64,000 nucleotides of DNA from Sminthopsis crassicaudata (lineage: Eukaryota): NCBI RefSeq assembly GCF_048593235.1, contig NC_133618.1, positions 149,509,162 through 149,573,161 of the forward strand. Direction: 5' to 3'. Each line of letters starts with the position of its first letter. Position 1 is the stretch's first letter. The notes beneath the pieces are model-generated. The model saw only the letters and a program-made list of their open reading frames with translations. It ran no database searches and was not told the origin of the DNA. Both the position numbers and the translations under genes were made by a program. This document shows positions 1 through 12,190 of this stretch, piece by piece.

Positions 1-179
1 TTAGGCTGATTGTAAGTTGTATTGGTGAAGGGAGTTCCTACATTGGGACTACTGAAGATGTCACAAATCTTTTGTATTCTATCATTTATTCATTCAACAA
101 ACAACAACATCAACAGTAATAATTAACCTGTATTTAGTTCTTACTATTTGCTAGACATTGTACTAAATATAATTATTAT

Positions 180-375
180 TTCATTTGATTCTCACAACTT
201 TGAGAAATAGATGCTTTTATTATTTTCATTTTGCAGATGAGGACATTGAAACAAATAGGGGTTATATAATTTGCCCAGGGTCACCCAGCCAATAAGGCCT
301 GAGACCTGATTTGAACTCAGGTTTTCCAGATTCCAGACCCAGCACTCTATCGATTGGATCGCCCAAGTAGCTGCC
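180..375 (-). mobile_element. MIR-type CORE-SINE
   Basis: Contains cattttgcagatgagg...gcccagggtcacccagc...atttgaactcagg, the reverse complement of the CORE-SINE body and B-box. Confidence 0.8.
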
Positions 376-905
376 ACTTATATTTATTGAGTAGCTGTCA
401 TATACAGAACACTGTAAAGTAGAGAATAAAGTATTCTGAGTTCATATTGGTCTGATCATAGTCAGATATAGTGTAACTTGACTCTTACGTAGTCATGTCA
501 TTTTGAGCTTTTTCGAGAGCAAAGAACAACAACTGACTGTCCTATGTGACAGAATGAGAAAAAGTTCAAACGAAAAGTCTAATAAGCAGATCAAATGTGC
601 TGGTTGATAGCACTATGGCTTTCTTTATATTGTTTGCCCCAAGAAATCTTTACTGATTCTGTCTTTCCATCCCCAAGAACTGTTAATGACCTTTCTTTTC
701 CCCATCACACTTCAAAAAATATGTTGCATCTTGCTTATGCATTTATACGTTAGATCATATTAAAAAGTACCTATTTCTTTCTTTGAATTGTGCTATAAAG
801 ACAGGAATTATATTTTAGCTAAACTTTGTCCCTTCTCCACTTCTATGTACACAGTAAGAAATTTAATAAATGTTTGTTAAATATAATTTAATTGAATTTA
901 GACCA

Positions 906-1143
906 ATTGTTCAGTTATTTTTTAGTTGTTTCCAATTCTTTGTGACACCTTTTGGGGTTTTCCTGATGAAATTATTGGTATGATTGGCCATTTTCTTCTT
1001 CAGCTCATTTTAAAAATGAGAAAACCGAGACAAACAGGGTTATATGACTTGCCCAGGGTCACAAAACTGGTATCTGAGACTGGATTTGAACTCAGTAAGG
1101 TGAGATTTCTTGACTCCAGACCGAACGCTGGACCATCCATTCC
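906..1143 (-). mobile_element. Mar1-type CORE-SINE with RTE-derived tail
   Basis: RTE tail (gtgacaccttttggggttttcc...ccattttcttcttcagctcatttt) joined to the CORE body. Confidence 0.8.
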
Positions 1144-2752
1144 CAAATGAGGATAGGAGTTCATTAAAAAAAAAAAAACAAAAAAAAAAAACTATTACTC
1201 AAGTATCCCATGTGGCATATTTTGTGAGCTCAGGGACTTGAGAAAATAAATAATTCCTCTTCCCCTAAAAGCTGGGGACTTTTGTCTTAGATCTTCAATA
1301 TTGACATGGCAACTTATTTTACTTGCTTACTTCCTCCTTATTTCCATCTCTCATACCCTCTATCTATGAATTTAGGATGTGGAAAATTAGGTTAAGGCTT
1401 GAGTGATACTTGTACACTCATTAAGAATGAGTGCAGAATTGATTCAAATGCAAATTTTTATCTTATGTCATCATTGATGAGGGAATATTTTTTCACTTTC
1501 ATCAGCTTCTTAGATGGGGTAGGCTAAAAAGTCATAGGAATTTAAGACTATGAGCTACTTCAGGGCAAAGGTCTCTTTGTACTGATATATAGTAGGTATT
1601 TAATAAGGGCTTTTTGATCTGATTTGGAACAAAGGAATTTTGCTACACTGAGCCACAAGTTGATGGTAGCCCAGTATTTTACTGCACAAAAGGTGTCCCA
1701 AAGTGGACAATTTTCTTCCTCAGATTTTGGGGAAAGAAAGGAGCACAAGTTCTTTGGGGGGTCCTTGGGAGCTCATAGAAGTGAGCAGCCTGCTTGGGAA
1801 TTGTCAGGGCATCCCAGGTTTCCCCACAGCCCTAGAACAGCTGGATTGCATTCACCCTCTTTGCTTGATTTCTTGCGTGAGCCTGGTTGTCAGCTGGAGG
1901 AGAACAGTGTCAGATCTAGAATCCCTCAAAGTCAGCTCCATCCTGGCAGGTCAGAATACATTTTACTTTTTCCATCAAAACTTTTATTTATCTAAAAGGC
2001 TTTGGGTGTCCCTGAGAGCTTTGGATAAACACAGTTGTACTCGAGCAGCTAAATCCTGGCAGGAGCTAAAGTCTGGCACGGGGGCTGATTTGCAGTGGAA
2101 TGGGGAGAGAAGAGAGAGAGAGATGCCAAGGAAAGGAGCTTAGTTTGCTGAGCATTTTGAATCCCCAATCTAGTTTGGGAGAGATCCCAGGGAAGGCTTT
2201 AGATGGGCCAAAAAAATTGATGCAATCTGGAAACACTTTACTGTTGAAAGAAGTGTGACGTGCTTCCTTCTCTTCTTCCTAATGACTTTTGAGTTTTCTC
2301 TCTCTCATTTAGATGTTCTCATTATTGTTCTGCATTGGCATTAATGGGCATCTTGGTGCCACTGCCCCTCCCCTCCATAACCCCCAACTTTTAAGGTGTC
2401 AGGAGAATCTCTTTCCCTCAGGGATGAAAAGATTGCCAATCATCTCTGTTTCCTCCGAAAAATGAGCAGAAAATCAAAGTTTCCTTATATCTCTAAGTCA
2501 GCTGAGATATCCTAGAATTCATGTAGGGAGCCTATTAGTCTCACTACTCTATAAATGAGTTCCCAGGGAACTGGATCTGTACAATGTGGCTGGGGTTCCA
2601 GGAGTCCCTAAAAAAGGAAGCACAGGTGATGAGTCATCTATGGCTTTGTCCAATGACCTAAATCCATCCTATGGTCTGCCCCTTTCTTCTGCCCATAATG
2701 ATCCTCAGGCTCCAATGACTACAAGGAACTCTTTTTATTGTATTTACTCAAT

Positions 2753-2983
2753 TTGCTGTTGTTGTTGTGTCCTCATGACCCTATAGATCATAACATGCCA
2801 AAACCTCCCTTGGGATTTTCTTGATAAAGATATTGGAGTAGTTTGATATTTCCTTCTCCAGTGGATTAAGGCAGACATGGAGGTCACACGGCTAAGTGGC
2901 TGAGACCCGATTTGAGATCAGGAAAAAGTCATCTTCCTGACTCCAAGCCCAATGTTCTCTCCACTGAGCCACTCAACTGCCTC
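2753..2983 (-). mobile_element. Mar1-type SINE, first of a tandem pair
   Basis: (TTG)n tail, gggattttcttgataaagatattggagtagtttg, cttcctgactccaagcc. Flanked by ATT(C/T)ACTCAA direct repeats. Confidence 0.75.
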
Positions 2984-2995
2984 TATTCACTCAAC

Positions 2996-3214
2996 GTTGT
3001 TGTTGCTTTGTTGTTTCAGTTATCGACTCTTCATGACCCTATTTGAGGTTTTGGCAAAAATACTGGAGTGATTTGCCATTTCCTTCTCCAGTTCATTTTT
3101 ACAGATGAGAAAACTGAGGCAAACAATGTTAAATGACTTACAACTAATAAGTATCTGAGTCTGGATTTGAACTCAGGACTCTAGCATTCTATTCACTGGA
3201 CCACTTGTGTGCCC
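2996..3214 (-). mobile_element. Mar1-type SINE, second of a tandem pair
   Basis: (TTG)n tail, ttttggcaaaaatactggagtgatttgccatttccttctccag...gaaactgaggcaaac. Flanked by ATTCACTCAA repeats. Confidence 0.8.
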
Positions 3215-4623
3215 ATTCACTCAATTATAAAACCCTTAATAAAAGTAAAGCTCTTCTTGATTGACTTATGGGGACCTCAGTTTCCTCCTTTATAAAATGG
3301 GAACAAAATCACTTATATCACATATCTTGCAGTATTGTTTTGAGGAAAGTATTTTGCAAGACTTCAAGTACTATGTACCTAGTCATTCATATGTTCTTTC
3401 CTCCATTAGAATGTGTGCTTCTTAAAAGCAGGGACTGAGTTTGAGTTTTTTCTTTGGTTTCTTTTTTGTCTTTTTTTTTGATATCCTATCCCAGTGCCTG
3501 GCATATGGTAAACAATAAATATTTGTTTACTGACTGATTTTCACAGTCTGTGGATTTGTGGTTGTCACCAAGGCCATCATCCAGAGCAGGGATCATCCAG
3601 ACACAGCTGTAACCCTTTCTGTAGACAAGTGAAGACAGAGTGGTGAAAGGGAGCTTTCCAAAAGAGACACCACATCTAAATGGAGATCATCTCCACGTAA
3701 GCATTCACTTTTTCCATTACTTCATCTCCCATTGCATCTAAGGCATGAGTATGCCATTTTATTGTCCTCAATTACTGATGCAATCAGATAAGGAGGAGGA
3801 TGCTGGATTTTCATCCTTAAAGATGATGCTCCTGGTGCACCATCAATGGAGTACTTGTGCCCAGTTTGTCTCCCCATTTCTACTCCATTCTCCTTCCCTT
3901 AACATAAACAGTCTGGATTTGTGAGATGTTCAGTCAGGAATTGCTAGAGATATAGTTTATTCCCAAAGCTACCTAGCCTTCATCATACTTATGATCTCAG
4001 TTTCTTTAGCACCAATATTTTAGTTGACCTTCTGACCCATGGAGAAAAGACTTAAATCAGCAATTATGTTGGTGTTAGCTAAAAAAAGTAGAGACATTAA
4101 TTGATGGAACAGTAGGCACTCAACATACAGGATCAAACTAATATGGTAAGATAGTGTTTGGAAAATCCTAAGCCTCAGTTACTATGGTAAGGTCACATCA
4201 CTTGTTCAAAAGTTCAAGGAAATTTAGGTATAGTATTACTAAAAATGGGGTTAACTTCTGGGTATGAGCATGATCCCTTTGATCCCACAGATTTTTTGCT
4301 ATGTCACTGAATACAGATACTTCTCTGTACATCCTTGAAGGAGAAAGGATTCTGAGACAGAATCTAAATCAGACCCTGACACCAACACCATCCTAAGGAG
4401 AATTAACATTAACAAGATAACTGTCTTATTTCAGTAGACTTTGGGAGAAGACTCATGCAAACTTTTTCTCCATCTTTCATTATCTTGGTGGCCACTTTGG
4501 AAATTGAATATGGTGGGGAAGGAAGCAAAAATTAGAAGCACTGGGATAGAAAGCTTTTTGGCCACTTACTTGCTTTTCCCCAGAAGCATGACCTCAGAAG
4601 CAGATCTCTTGAGTTCTTTGGGA

Positions 4624-5859
4624 CAGCAGTTCTAAAGGTGTTCTGTGGACTCATGGAAAACCCTTTCCAGGATCCATGAGGTCAAAAATTTTCATAACAA
4701 TAAGTACCAAAGCCATCATTAACATTTATTAAGCTCTTACTACACGAAAGGTACTATTTTAAACATTGGGAATACCAAGAAAGGTAAAAGAGAGTCAAGA
4801 AACAACATGGAAACATCCATGTACAAACAAGCAAAGTACGGGATAAATATGAAATAATCAATAAAGAAAAAGCCCTAAAATTAAGAGGTATCAGGAAAGG
4901 CTTCCTGTAAAACTTGAGATTTTATTGGGACTTGAAAGAAACTAGGGAAGCTAGAAGATAAGGGTAAGGAGGCAAAGCATTCCAAGCATGGGGGAACAAC
5001 CAGGAAAAGTACCTGGAATTGGGAGTTGGAGTTTCCTGTTTGAGAAATATTCAAAAGAGGTCAATGTCACTGGATCATAGACTGTAGGGTGATGGTGGAA
5101 GGGGTGTAAGATATGAGAAGACTGAAAAGGTGTTGGGGTGAGAACAATTTATGAAGAGGATTTTTTTTTCTGGAGGTGAAAGGGAGTCATTGAAGTTTAT
5201 TGAGTAGGGGAGTGACATGCTCAGAACTGCATTTTAAGAAGATTCATGGGACACCTGAGTGGAGGATAGAATGGAGTAGAATGAAGGAGACTTGAAGCCA
5301 GAAGACCAGCCAGCTAATTTAGGCATAAAGTAATGAGATATTATGAAGGTGAAAATAACAGGGCCTTGGTAAAAGTGATGAGAAAGAGAGTGAGGAATCA
5401 AGAATGACATCTAGGTTGGGAGTCTGGATGACTGAGAAGATGGTAGTACTCTCAGAACTAGTAAGTTAGTTAGGAAGAAAGGAGGATTTGGGAGGAAAGA
5501 TCATCAGTTTTGGACATGTTAAGTTTAAGATGTCTACAGGATATTCAAGTTCAAGAAGTTTAATTGGTAATTGCCAATGTGAGACTAGAAGTCAGCATTG
5601 AGGTTAGGGTTAGAGAAGTAGATTTGAGAATCCACTGAAGCCAATGAGAATGCTAAGAGTTATAAAGAGAATAGAGAAGAGGGCCCAAGGCAGAGGCCTA
5701 TGGAATACCCATAGCTTAACGCTAAGATGTTTAAATTTAGAACACAGTAAATATCAATGGATACAGCCTGCAAAAACAAAAGCTTATTTGGGGGGAAGGT
5801 CTTCAATAATTTTTAAGAGTGTGAAGGTGTCCTGAGACAAAAAAAATTGAGAACCACTG
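4624..5859. mobile_element. hAT-Charlie MITE split into halves 4624-4702 and ~5718-5859 by an L2 insertion
   Basis: TIR-like ends cagcagttct...gagaaccactg, with diverged 8-bp TSD ctttggga / ctttagca. The two halves are collinear with a recalled marsupial Charlie1-type MITE. Confidence 0.65.
4703..5717 (-). mobile_element. L2 LINE 3' fragment (~1 kb)
   Basis: Starts aacatttattaagc (reverse complement of the L2 3' tail), followed by purine-rich antisense L2 sequence (ttggacatgttaagtttaagatgtc...). Confidence 0.8.
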
Positions 5860-6975
5860 CTTTAGCAGCCAGTTGCTTAATATTTCTGTGCCCCAGCTTC
5901 CTCCTCTTGAAGTGAGCATTATCAGCCTCACAGAGTTATGCTGTAGGAAAGCACTATATTAATATCAATTATAATTCTTGTTACTTGGGGTATGTAGAGT
6001 AGAATTGTAGCAGCAGCTGTGAATGGAAGTTGGCCACAAGTGCATCAATGGCCACTTGGTTCCCTTGCTTGGAGTCCAAAACCGATGAGGCTGTGGGATA
6101 ACATGGGCCCACGTTTTCTAGTTATCTTTGTTCATATATGGCACCTCAACTCCCCCTCCTGTAATCATGTCACTGATAACAAGGGTGGGGGGTGAGTGAG
6201 AAGGTGTGTGACTCAACCTCTTCCTGTTAACAAAGTAATTCAAAGATGGTGCCCTATGCCTGTAGGTGTGAAGGATAGAAGTGAGAATAATGAAAAAAAA
6301 ATGAGTGTGTGAAATAGGAGGGTCAAAGTTTAAAAATGCACATAACTAGTTAGTCCATGTTTAAAAATCAATCTAATTATCTTACAATACTCAGAGAAAA
6401 GATCTCAGTAGCTTCTATCTTTCATGACCCTAAAAAAGACAGGCAAGGGGTGAATATTATGTACTTGCTTCCGTTCTCTTAGATAATATCTACATGATTC
6501 AAAAACCTCTGGTTGATTTGGTCCTTTTTCCATTGTGAGGAAAGGCTGTTGCCATTAAGCTTATGAAAAATGCTTGATTTTTTCTTCACTCTTTGGTGGC
6601 CAAATAGTTAAAACTTTTGTTTGTTACCTTTACGGCTCCCCAAAGCTCAGTTTTTGTACTAGCAGCAGGTCATGTTTCTCTGACTCACTGAGCAGCCTGT
6701 CCTATTGGATGGACTGGATTCACTGGTATTGTCCTGGCTGCGGTTAGTGAATGGAATTTACAGATATGTGAGTTTTAGTACCCCATTTTATAGAGTTATA
6801 GGAACTGGAGCTTTAATGGACATTTTGATATCATCAAGTCTAACTCTTTATTTTATATATGGAAAAAAAGAGACTTGGGAAAGTAAATATAGCTTGCCCA
6901 ACAGCTAAAGCTATATGTAGGAATCTCTGCATCAGAGGCAAATGCTCCCAATTTAGACCTCAGATGAATGGGATC

Positions 6976-7190
6976 CAGTGGATGGAGTGCCAGGTCTGAA
7001 GTCAGAGAAACTCCTTCTCATGAGTTCAAATCTACTCTCAGAAATTTACTAGCTGTGTGACCTTGGGCAAGTTACTTAACTTGTTTTCCTTAGTTTCCTT
7101 ATCTGTAAAATGAGTTAGAGAAGGAAATCCAGTATCTTTACCAGGAAAACCCCAAATGGGATTGAAAAGAACAAGAATACAACGTGAATG
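6976..7190 (+). mobile_element. Mar1-type SINE
   Basis: cagtggatggagtgccagg...gagttcaaatc...gtgtgaccttgggcaagt...ccagtatctttaccaggaaaaccccaaatggg. Confidence 0.8.
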
Positions 7191-7878
7191 GAAATAAGAC
7201 AGAAACCTTTGGATATCCATTGGAGGTCACATCCAGGAATTCAGCCATGGAAGAAGAACTTCTTCCTTCTTATGTCTTCTTATTTGAACTAATTATTCCT
7301 CCTAACTGTTAAGTTCTATTGTCTCAACATGGTTGGAGAACTACCAATATTATCAGCATTTTCTAAAATGGATTCCATCTAAAGTTATCACCCCATGACA
7401 GAACTCCAAGTTTCCTTCCTTAGATTCTGTCAAGATCACTAAGCTAGTAACTCTGAGTTGAGATTTAAACCTATATCTTCTGATCACTTCTCTTTGTACT
7501 ATACTGCTGCCCCTTCTTTTCTTCTCTAAGAGCAAAGAAAAAATTATTTAAAAGAAAGAGTATAGACTTGAAAAGACAGAGTGTACATTAAACCTGTTTT
7601 AGTTCATCAAGAGATAGATATTGTAAATCAGTCTTTAGAAAAATAAACTTGAAAAGTTCATGATTTAAGAAAAACAAACAAATGATCATTTGAACCAAAT
7701 CTTTCTTTTCACGTTGGAGTTTGTAACATTAGTTGTGATAACCAAAAGTGATTATAATGTAGTTATAATCTAGTGATTGGGGCATTGCATGTCTTCCTTG
7801 ACATCTAATTAGACATTGACGTCATCCTAATAAAATTCTCATATTTCAGAAAAGAAAATAGTAAAGACATGGTATAGT

Positions 7879-8126
7879 GGCAGCTAGGCAGCACTATGAT
7901 GCACAGAGAACTGCATGTAGAGTTAGGAAGACTCAACTTCCTGAGTTCAAATCCAGCCTCAGACACTTATAAGTTTCATGATCCTGGGCAAGTCACAACT
8001 CTATTTGCCTCAGTTTTCTCATCTGTCAAATGAGCTGGAGAAGAGAATGGCATTTTTTGACAAGAAAACCCCAAATGGGTCACAAAGAGTTGGACACGAC
8101 TGAAGGGACTAAACAACAATAACAAA
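7879..8126 (+). mobile_element. Mar1-type SINE, near full length
   Basis: ggcagctagg 5' end, B-box gagttcaaatcc, RTE tail gggtcacaaagagttggacacgactgaa...(aac)n. Confidence 0.85.
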
Positions 8127-8466
8127 CGCATGATATATTTTTAACTAGAAGATCTGCCAGGAAAATCTAAATAGCTCTTTTGTTCATAATATTACATTAA
8201 TTTCAAAATCTACAAATAAATCAACTACCTATAAAATATGATAACTTTTTTTTCTCTGAATTTTGGTATCCTGGGAAAAGCTCTAATCTCTCTACCCTAT
8301 GTGTGTCTCTGTTTGAAGTCAAAGATCTCATCTTATACTTCTTTTTCATCCCCCGCAGGACCTAGATATTGCTATTGCTCACTAGATACTTGCTGAAGGA
8401 AATTGAATTGATAATTTAGGAATATTAAATATTACTAACAATGTTTTCTTGACTTTTTTTTTCCAG

Positions 8467-8553
8467 TGTGGCATAATTTACTGGTTATTTGGTGGGGCTG
8501 TCAGGAATCTTGGGAGCCCAGGACATGTTGCTAAGTGGTTCCAGCCACTCCAG
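8467..8553 (+). CDS. ACOXL: ACOXL internal coding exon (approx. human exon 4), 87 nt, phase 0-0
   Basis: Polypyrimidine tract + ccag|TGT...CAG|gtatag. Translates [29 protein letters not shown], matching recalled human [34 protein letters not shown]. Confidence 0.95.
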
Positions 8554-8959
8554 GTATAGTATGGCGCCTCAGTTTTTCATTTAATTGCATTATGAGTGGC
8601 TAGCTCTGAGGAATTTGCAGGAAACTCTGTAAGCATGGTCAGCTTCAGAGTCCCTGGGAGGCAGCCTTTTTCTTGGGTCTGAAGATAAGCTACATAGAAA
8701 GAATATGAGACTTGTCCAGCTTTATACAGTACATCAGAATCAGAACTCAGGGCCTGAGAGAGTCTTCTTTTTCTGACTTAAGTAATGCTAGCTCTCTAAT
8801 ACCATGTTAGCTCTCCCTTGGTTAACTTTAAAAAAATAAAGAAAACTAGTATTCCCCAATTTAATTAACTTTACTGGATTTTTGGATACAGCAAACCTAT
8901 ACTAAAGTTTGTAAGAACTAACTTACTTAGTAAATACTAAGTTATAATAAAATTCTCAA

Positions 8960-9130
8960 TGGCCAGTGCTGCAATGGATAGATCAGGTCCCTGAGGCCAG
9001 AGAAGCCGAGTTCAAGCTCCATCTCTGTGATCTGTGGCGAATCATTTAAGAAGTCCCTGGGTCTTAGTTTTCTTGTCTGTAAAAATAAAAGCCATGGCAA
9101 TTGGGATCTCTTCTATATCTAAATTTATTA
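8960..9130 (+). mobile_element. MIR/MIR3-type SINE just upstream of an ACOXL acceptor
   Basis: gcaatggatag...gagttcaag...tcttagttttcttgtctgtaaaa...tctaaatttattattct. Confidence 0.6.
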
Positions 9131-9170
9131 TTCTGCAATGTAAATACATTTTGTTTTTGATCTTACACAG

Positions 9171-9269
9171 GAGCAGAAATTCACTGGGATGTTTGCTATG
9201 ACAGAACGGGGTCATGGCAGCAATGTGAGGGGCATACAGACAGAAGCGACTTTTGATCTCACTGCTCAG
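9171..9269 (+). CDS. ACOXL: ACOXL coding exon (approx. exon 5), 99 nt, phase 0-0
   Basis: acag|GAG...CAG|gtaata. Translates [33 protein letters not shown], including the acyl-CoA oxidase FAD-binding TE.GHGSN motif. Confidence 0.97.
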
Positions 9270-9301
9270 GTAATAACTCGGTGGCTTTGTTTGCTAATGA
9301 T

Positions 9302-9448
9302 NNNNNNNNNNNNNNNNNNNNNNNNNNNNNNNNNNNNNNNNNNNNNNNNNNNNNNNNNNNNNNNNNNNNNNNNNNNNNNNNNNNNNNNNNNNNNNNNNNN
9401 NNNNNNNNNNNNNNNNNNNNNNNNNNNNNNNNNNNNNNNNNNNNNNNN
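9302..9448. other. Assembly gap (147 N)
   Basis: Run of N starting 32 nt after the exon donor at 9270, followed by GT-rich sequence (probably a collapsed microsatellite). Confidence 0.99.
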
Positions 9449-9774
9449 AGTGAGTGTGTGTGCTGTCCCTGGCTTTAGATTAACTCCAGGTTCACCTGTC
9501 ACTAGCATATGCAGATTGGGATGTGTGATTGGTATGTGTAATGACTGGTGCCTTCCCTGAGGCATTTCACTGTCTTCTGAAGCAGGAGGGGGTTTCTATT
9601 CAGGAAGAAAAGAATCTATGAGTGGTATAATGTATTTGGCCAAGTTCTCCTCCCTTGAGTTACTAAGCAATTAACTCAGCTGTCAAGAAGAAATCTCCCC
9701 GGTTTTATTCTGCAAAGGTAAACATAGAAGCACAAATCACACAGAGCTGTGAGGACCATTGGAGGTCGACATCA

Positions 9775-10045
9775 GGGATTGGTCAAAGGAAATAGGGATG
9801 TTTAGCTTGGAGGAGAGGAAACTAAGGGCACTCGATAGCCATCTTCAAGTTGTTGGAGGGTTAGCCCGTGCAAGAGGGATTGTTCTTGTTCTGCTTAGCC
9901 TCAGAGGGCAAGTCTAGGAATAATGGATGGTACTTGATGAAAGACAGATTTAAGCCTAATCTAAGGACAAATCTCCAATTTTATGCAGTTTTAATTGTTG
10001 AAAATGTGTTGCCTTGGAAGGTTAGTGGGTTTCCCCCGAGAAACT
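9775..10045 (+). mobile_element. L3/CR1 LINE 3' fragment
   Basis: gggatgtttagcttggaggagagg...gccatcttcaagt...gggcaagtctaggaataatggatgg...gtgggtttcccc, typical of a CR1 3' end. Confidence 0.8.
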
Positions 10046-10165
10046 GTTAAGTGAAGTCCAAATGAACATTTATTGGGCATGTTGTAAAAGAGATTATCAG
10101 TGAAATAAGACTTGGATTGCATGGCTTCTGAGGTCTCTTGCTGTTCTGAGGTTCTTTGATAATTT

Positions 10166-10634
10166 TGTTGAGGTGTGAGAAATGAGGGTCGAGAGATCCC
10201 CTGGCCCATTGCAGCTTTTGCAAAAGAATTCCAATCCCAAATGCAGGCAAAGTTTATGGCAAAAATGGGTTTATTACATTGAGAAACGACTTCCTCAGTT
10301 GGCTTTCCTGATTAGGAATTAGCAAAGGTAGGTTTTTAGCAAAGATGGATTTACACTGAGAAATGACTTCCTCAGAGGGCTTTCCTGATTCGGAATTAGC
10401 AAAGGTTTGGGATTCTGGCTTTGTTCATATTGGGTTTTTGTGGCCTGAAGCTAGAATTTGAGGGGCTAATTTTCAACTCAATAAAGATCTCCAACTGAAT
10501 TGTAGGTGAAAATTACTATAGGAGTTTCCCCGCTATGAACTGGAGGGTGGGGCCTCTCCCAAAGGCCAAGACGAGTTGAGATTTTAGGGTTTCTCTAACC
10601 CAGGTGCACTCTCCCAAAGATCAAGGGGGATACA
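10166..10634 (-). mobile_element. Solo LTR (469 bp, ERV1-like 4-bp TSD)
   Basis: TG...CA termini (tgttgagg...gataca) flanked by ATTT at 10162-10165 and 10635-10638. AATAAA on the minus strand near 10270. Internal ~70-bp direct repeat. Confidence 0.65.
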
Positions 10635-11159
10635 ATTTAAATCAATTTCATTTATTGTTATTTTCTCCCCTTTCCTATTTTATAGACAAAAATACTGAGG
10701 CCCAATGAAGTAAAACGATTTGTTCAGGGTCACATAACTAATTAGTGACAGAGCTCAAATTAGGATCTGTTTCCTCATTTGTAAAATGTAGATATTGAAC
10801 TAGATAATCTGAGATCCCTTCCATATTTAAACTCCATCATATAATCTGCTTTACCATACTATGGTCTTTCCCATTATGCTGGAATTCCCTCTGGGCAGGT
10901 CAAAAAACCCCTAGGTTTAAGCTCTAGGCATATATTAGGTTAACACTGAGTCAAACATCATAATGTATTTACCCTTCAGTTTCTAGGTTTTTTTTTAAAC
11001 CAAAGGAAGATTGCCTAACTTTTTCTGTCATCTTTTCTTTCCCTTCTATTCCTTTGTAAATGAGATAGATGGATTTATTTTGTATACCTTTACAGCTGTC
11101 AAATACTTTTAAGAGAAACATATATAGAAATTAAAACAAAAATTATTTAGTGAGAATGC

Positions 11160-11162
<3 letters not shown>

Positions 11163-11210
<48 letters not shown>
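11163..11210. repeat. (TG)24 microsatellite
   Basis: Perfect dinucleotide run read directly. Confidence 0.99.
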
Positions 11211-11213
<3 letters not shown>

Positions 11214-11644
11214 AACAGAAGTGTGTTAGATTTCAAATCTCTTAGTTTAGTTTTCTTTTGGAAATCTGAATTAGTATCACAAAACTTTTATAATTTGGGA
11301 AGATCAAGTTGAAGAGACTTAATTTTGAGTTACTCTTTTTTACTTGCTGGGTCTCACTGGGTAGGGACTGAACATTGTAGCATTTGTGCACCATTGATTT
11401 ATTTGGGAAATCCCTGGCTCCATGAAAGTCTTCCTGTGCTCATCTAATAAGTATTTATGTAACACCTACATTATGCTAGCCTTGCAGATACTAAGAAAAA
11501 ATTAAGTTCCCACATTGAAAAAATCATGAGGACTAGATGGGTTGATATAAGTAATGAACTCTTGATCAGAAAATTGTAGTAGGATCATAAATCTTAAACA
11601 TTAAGGGGCTTCAGAAGCCATCTGTTTATTTCATCACTCTCATT

Positions 11645-12190
11645 TTACAATTACATGTCAAATTTTTAAATATTAAATTAAAACAATTTTGAATTCCAAA
11701 TTCTCTCCTTCTCTCATACCTATCTTCCTCCACCTTTGAGGAGGCAAGCAATATGATACCACTTATATGTGTGAAGTCATACAAACCATATTTCCATATT
11801 AGCCATGTTCAAAAAGAAAACACATATACACACAAAACCCAAGAGAGATAAAATAAAAAAATATGCTTCAATCTGCACCCACAGTTCATCAGTTCTAGCT
11901 CTCGAGATGGATAGCATTTTTCAACTCACATCCTTCAGAATTGTTTTGGATCATTGCATTGCGTAAAATAGCTAAGTCATTTACAGCTGATCATTGTACA
12001 ATATTGCTGTTACTGTGTAGAGTTTTCCTGATTCTGCTCACTTCACTTTGCATCAGTTCACATAAGTCTTTTCTGTTTTCTGTTACCACCCCCTTGTCAT
12101 TTCTTATAGCACTATCCCAATCTTATTTCTTATAGTCCATCCCACTCACATGCCACAATTTGTTAAGCCAGTTCCCAATTGATAAAGTTG
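11645..12190 (-). mobile_element. Old marsupial L1 3' end
   Basis: ttttgaattccaaattctctcc...ctgatcattgtacaatattgctgttactgtg...ctgctcacttcactttgcatcagttcacataagtc, the reverse complement of L1 ORF2 end / 3'UTR. Confidence 0.8.

Noticed and set aside
1303-1314. GACATGGCAACT (DMAT) resembling the preceding ACOXL exon
   Set aside because: Flanking codons do not match (..IDMATYF..) and there is no splice donor.
1624-2143. Overlapping 123-aa and 146-aa ORFs
   Set aside because: No ATG start for either as called, no recognisable homology, and no splice context. Consistent with chance in slightly GC-richer DNA.
9189-9565. Long ORFs in the track spanning 9302-9448 (and likewise 26455-26978)
   Set aside because: Artefacts of N runs lacking stop codons.
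10259-10406. Spaced direct repeats that could suggest a CRISPR-like array
   Set aside because: Only two ~70-bp units inside a eukaryotic LTR. No repeat-spacer architecture.
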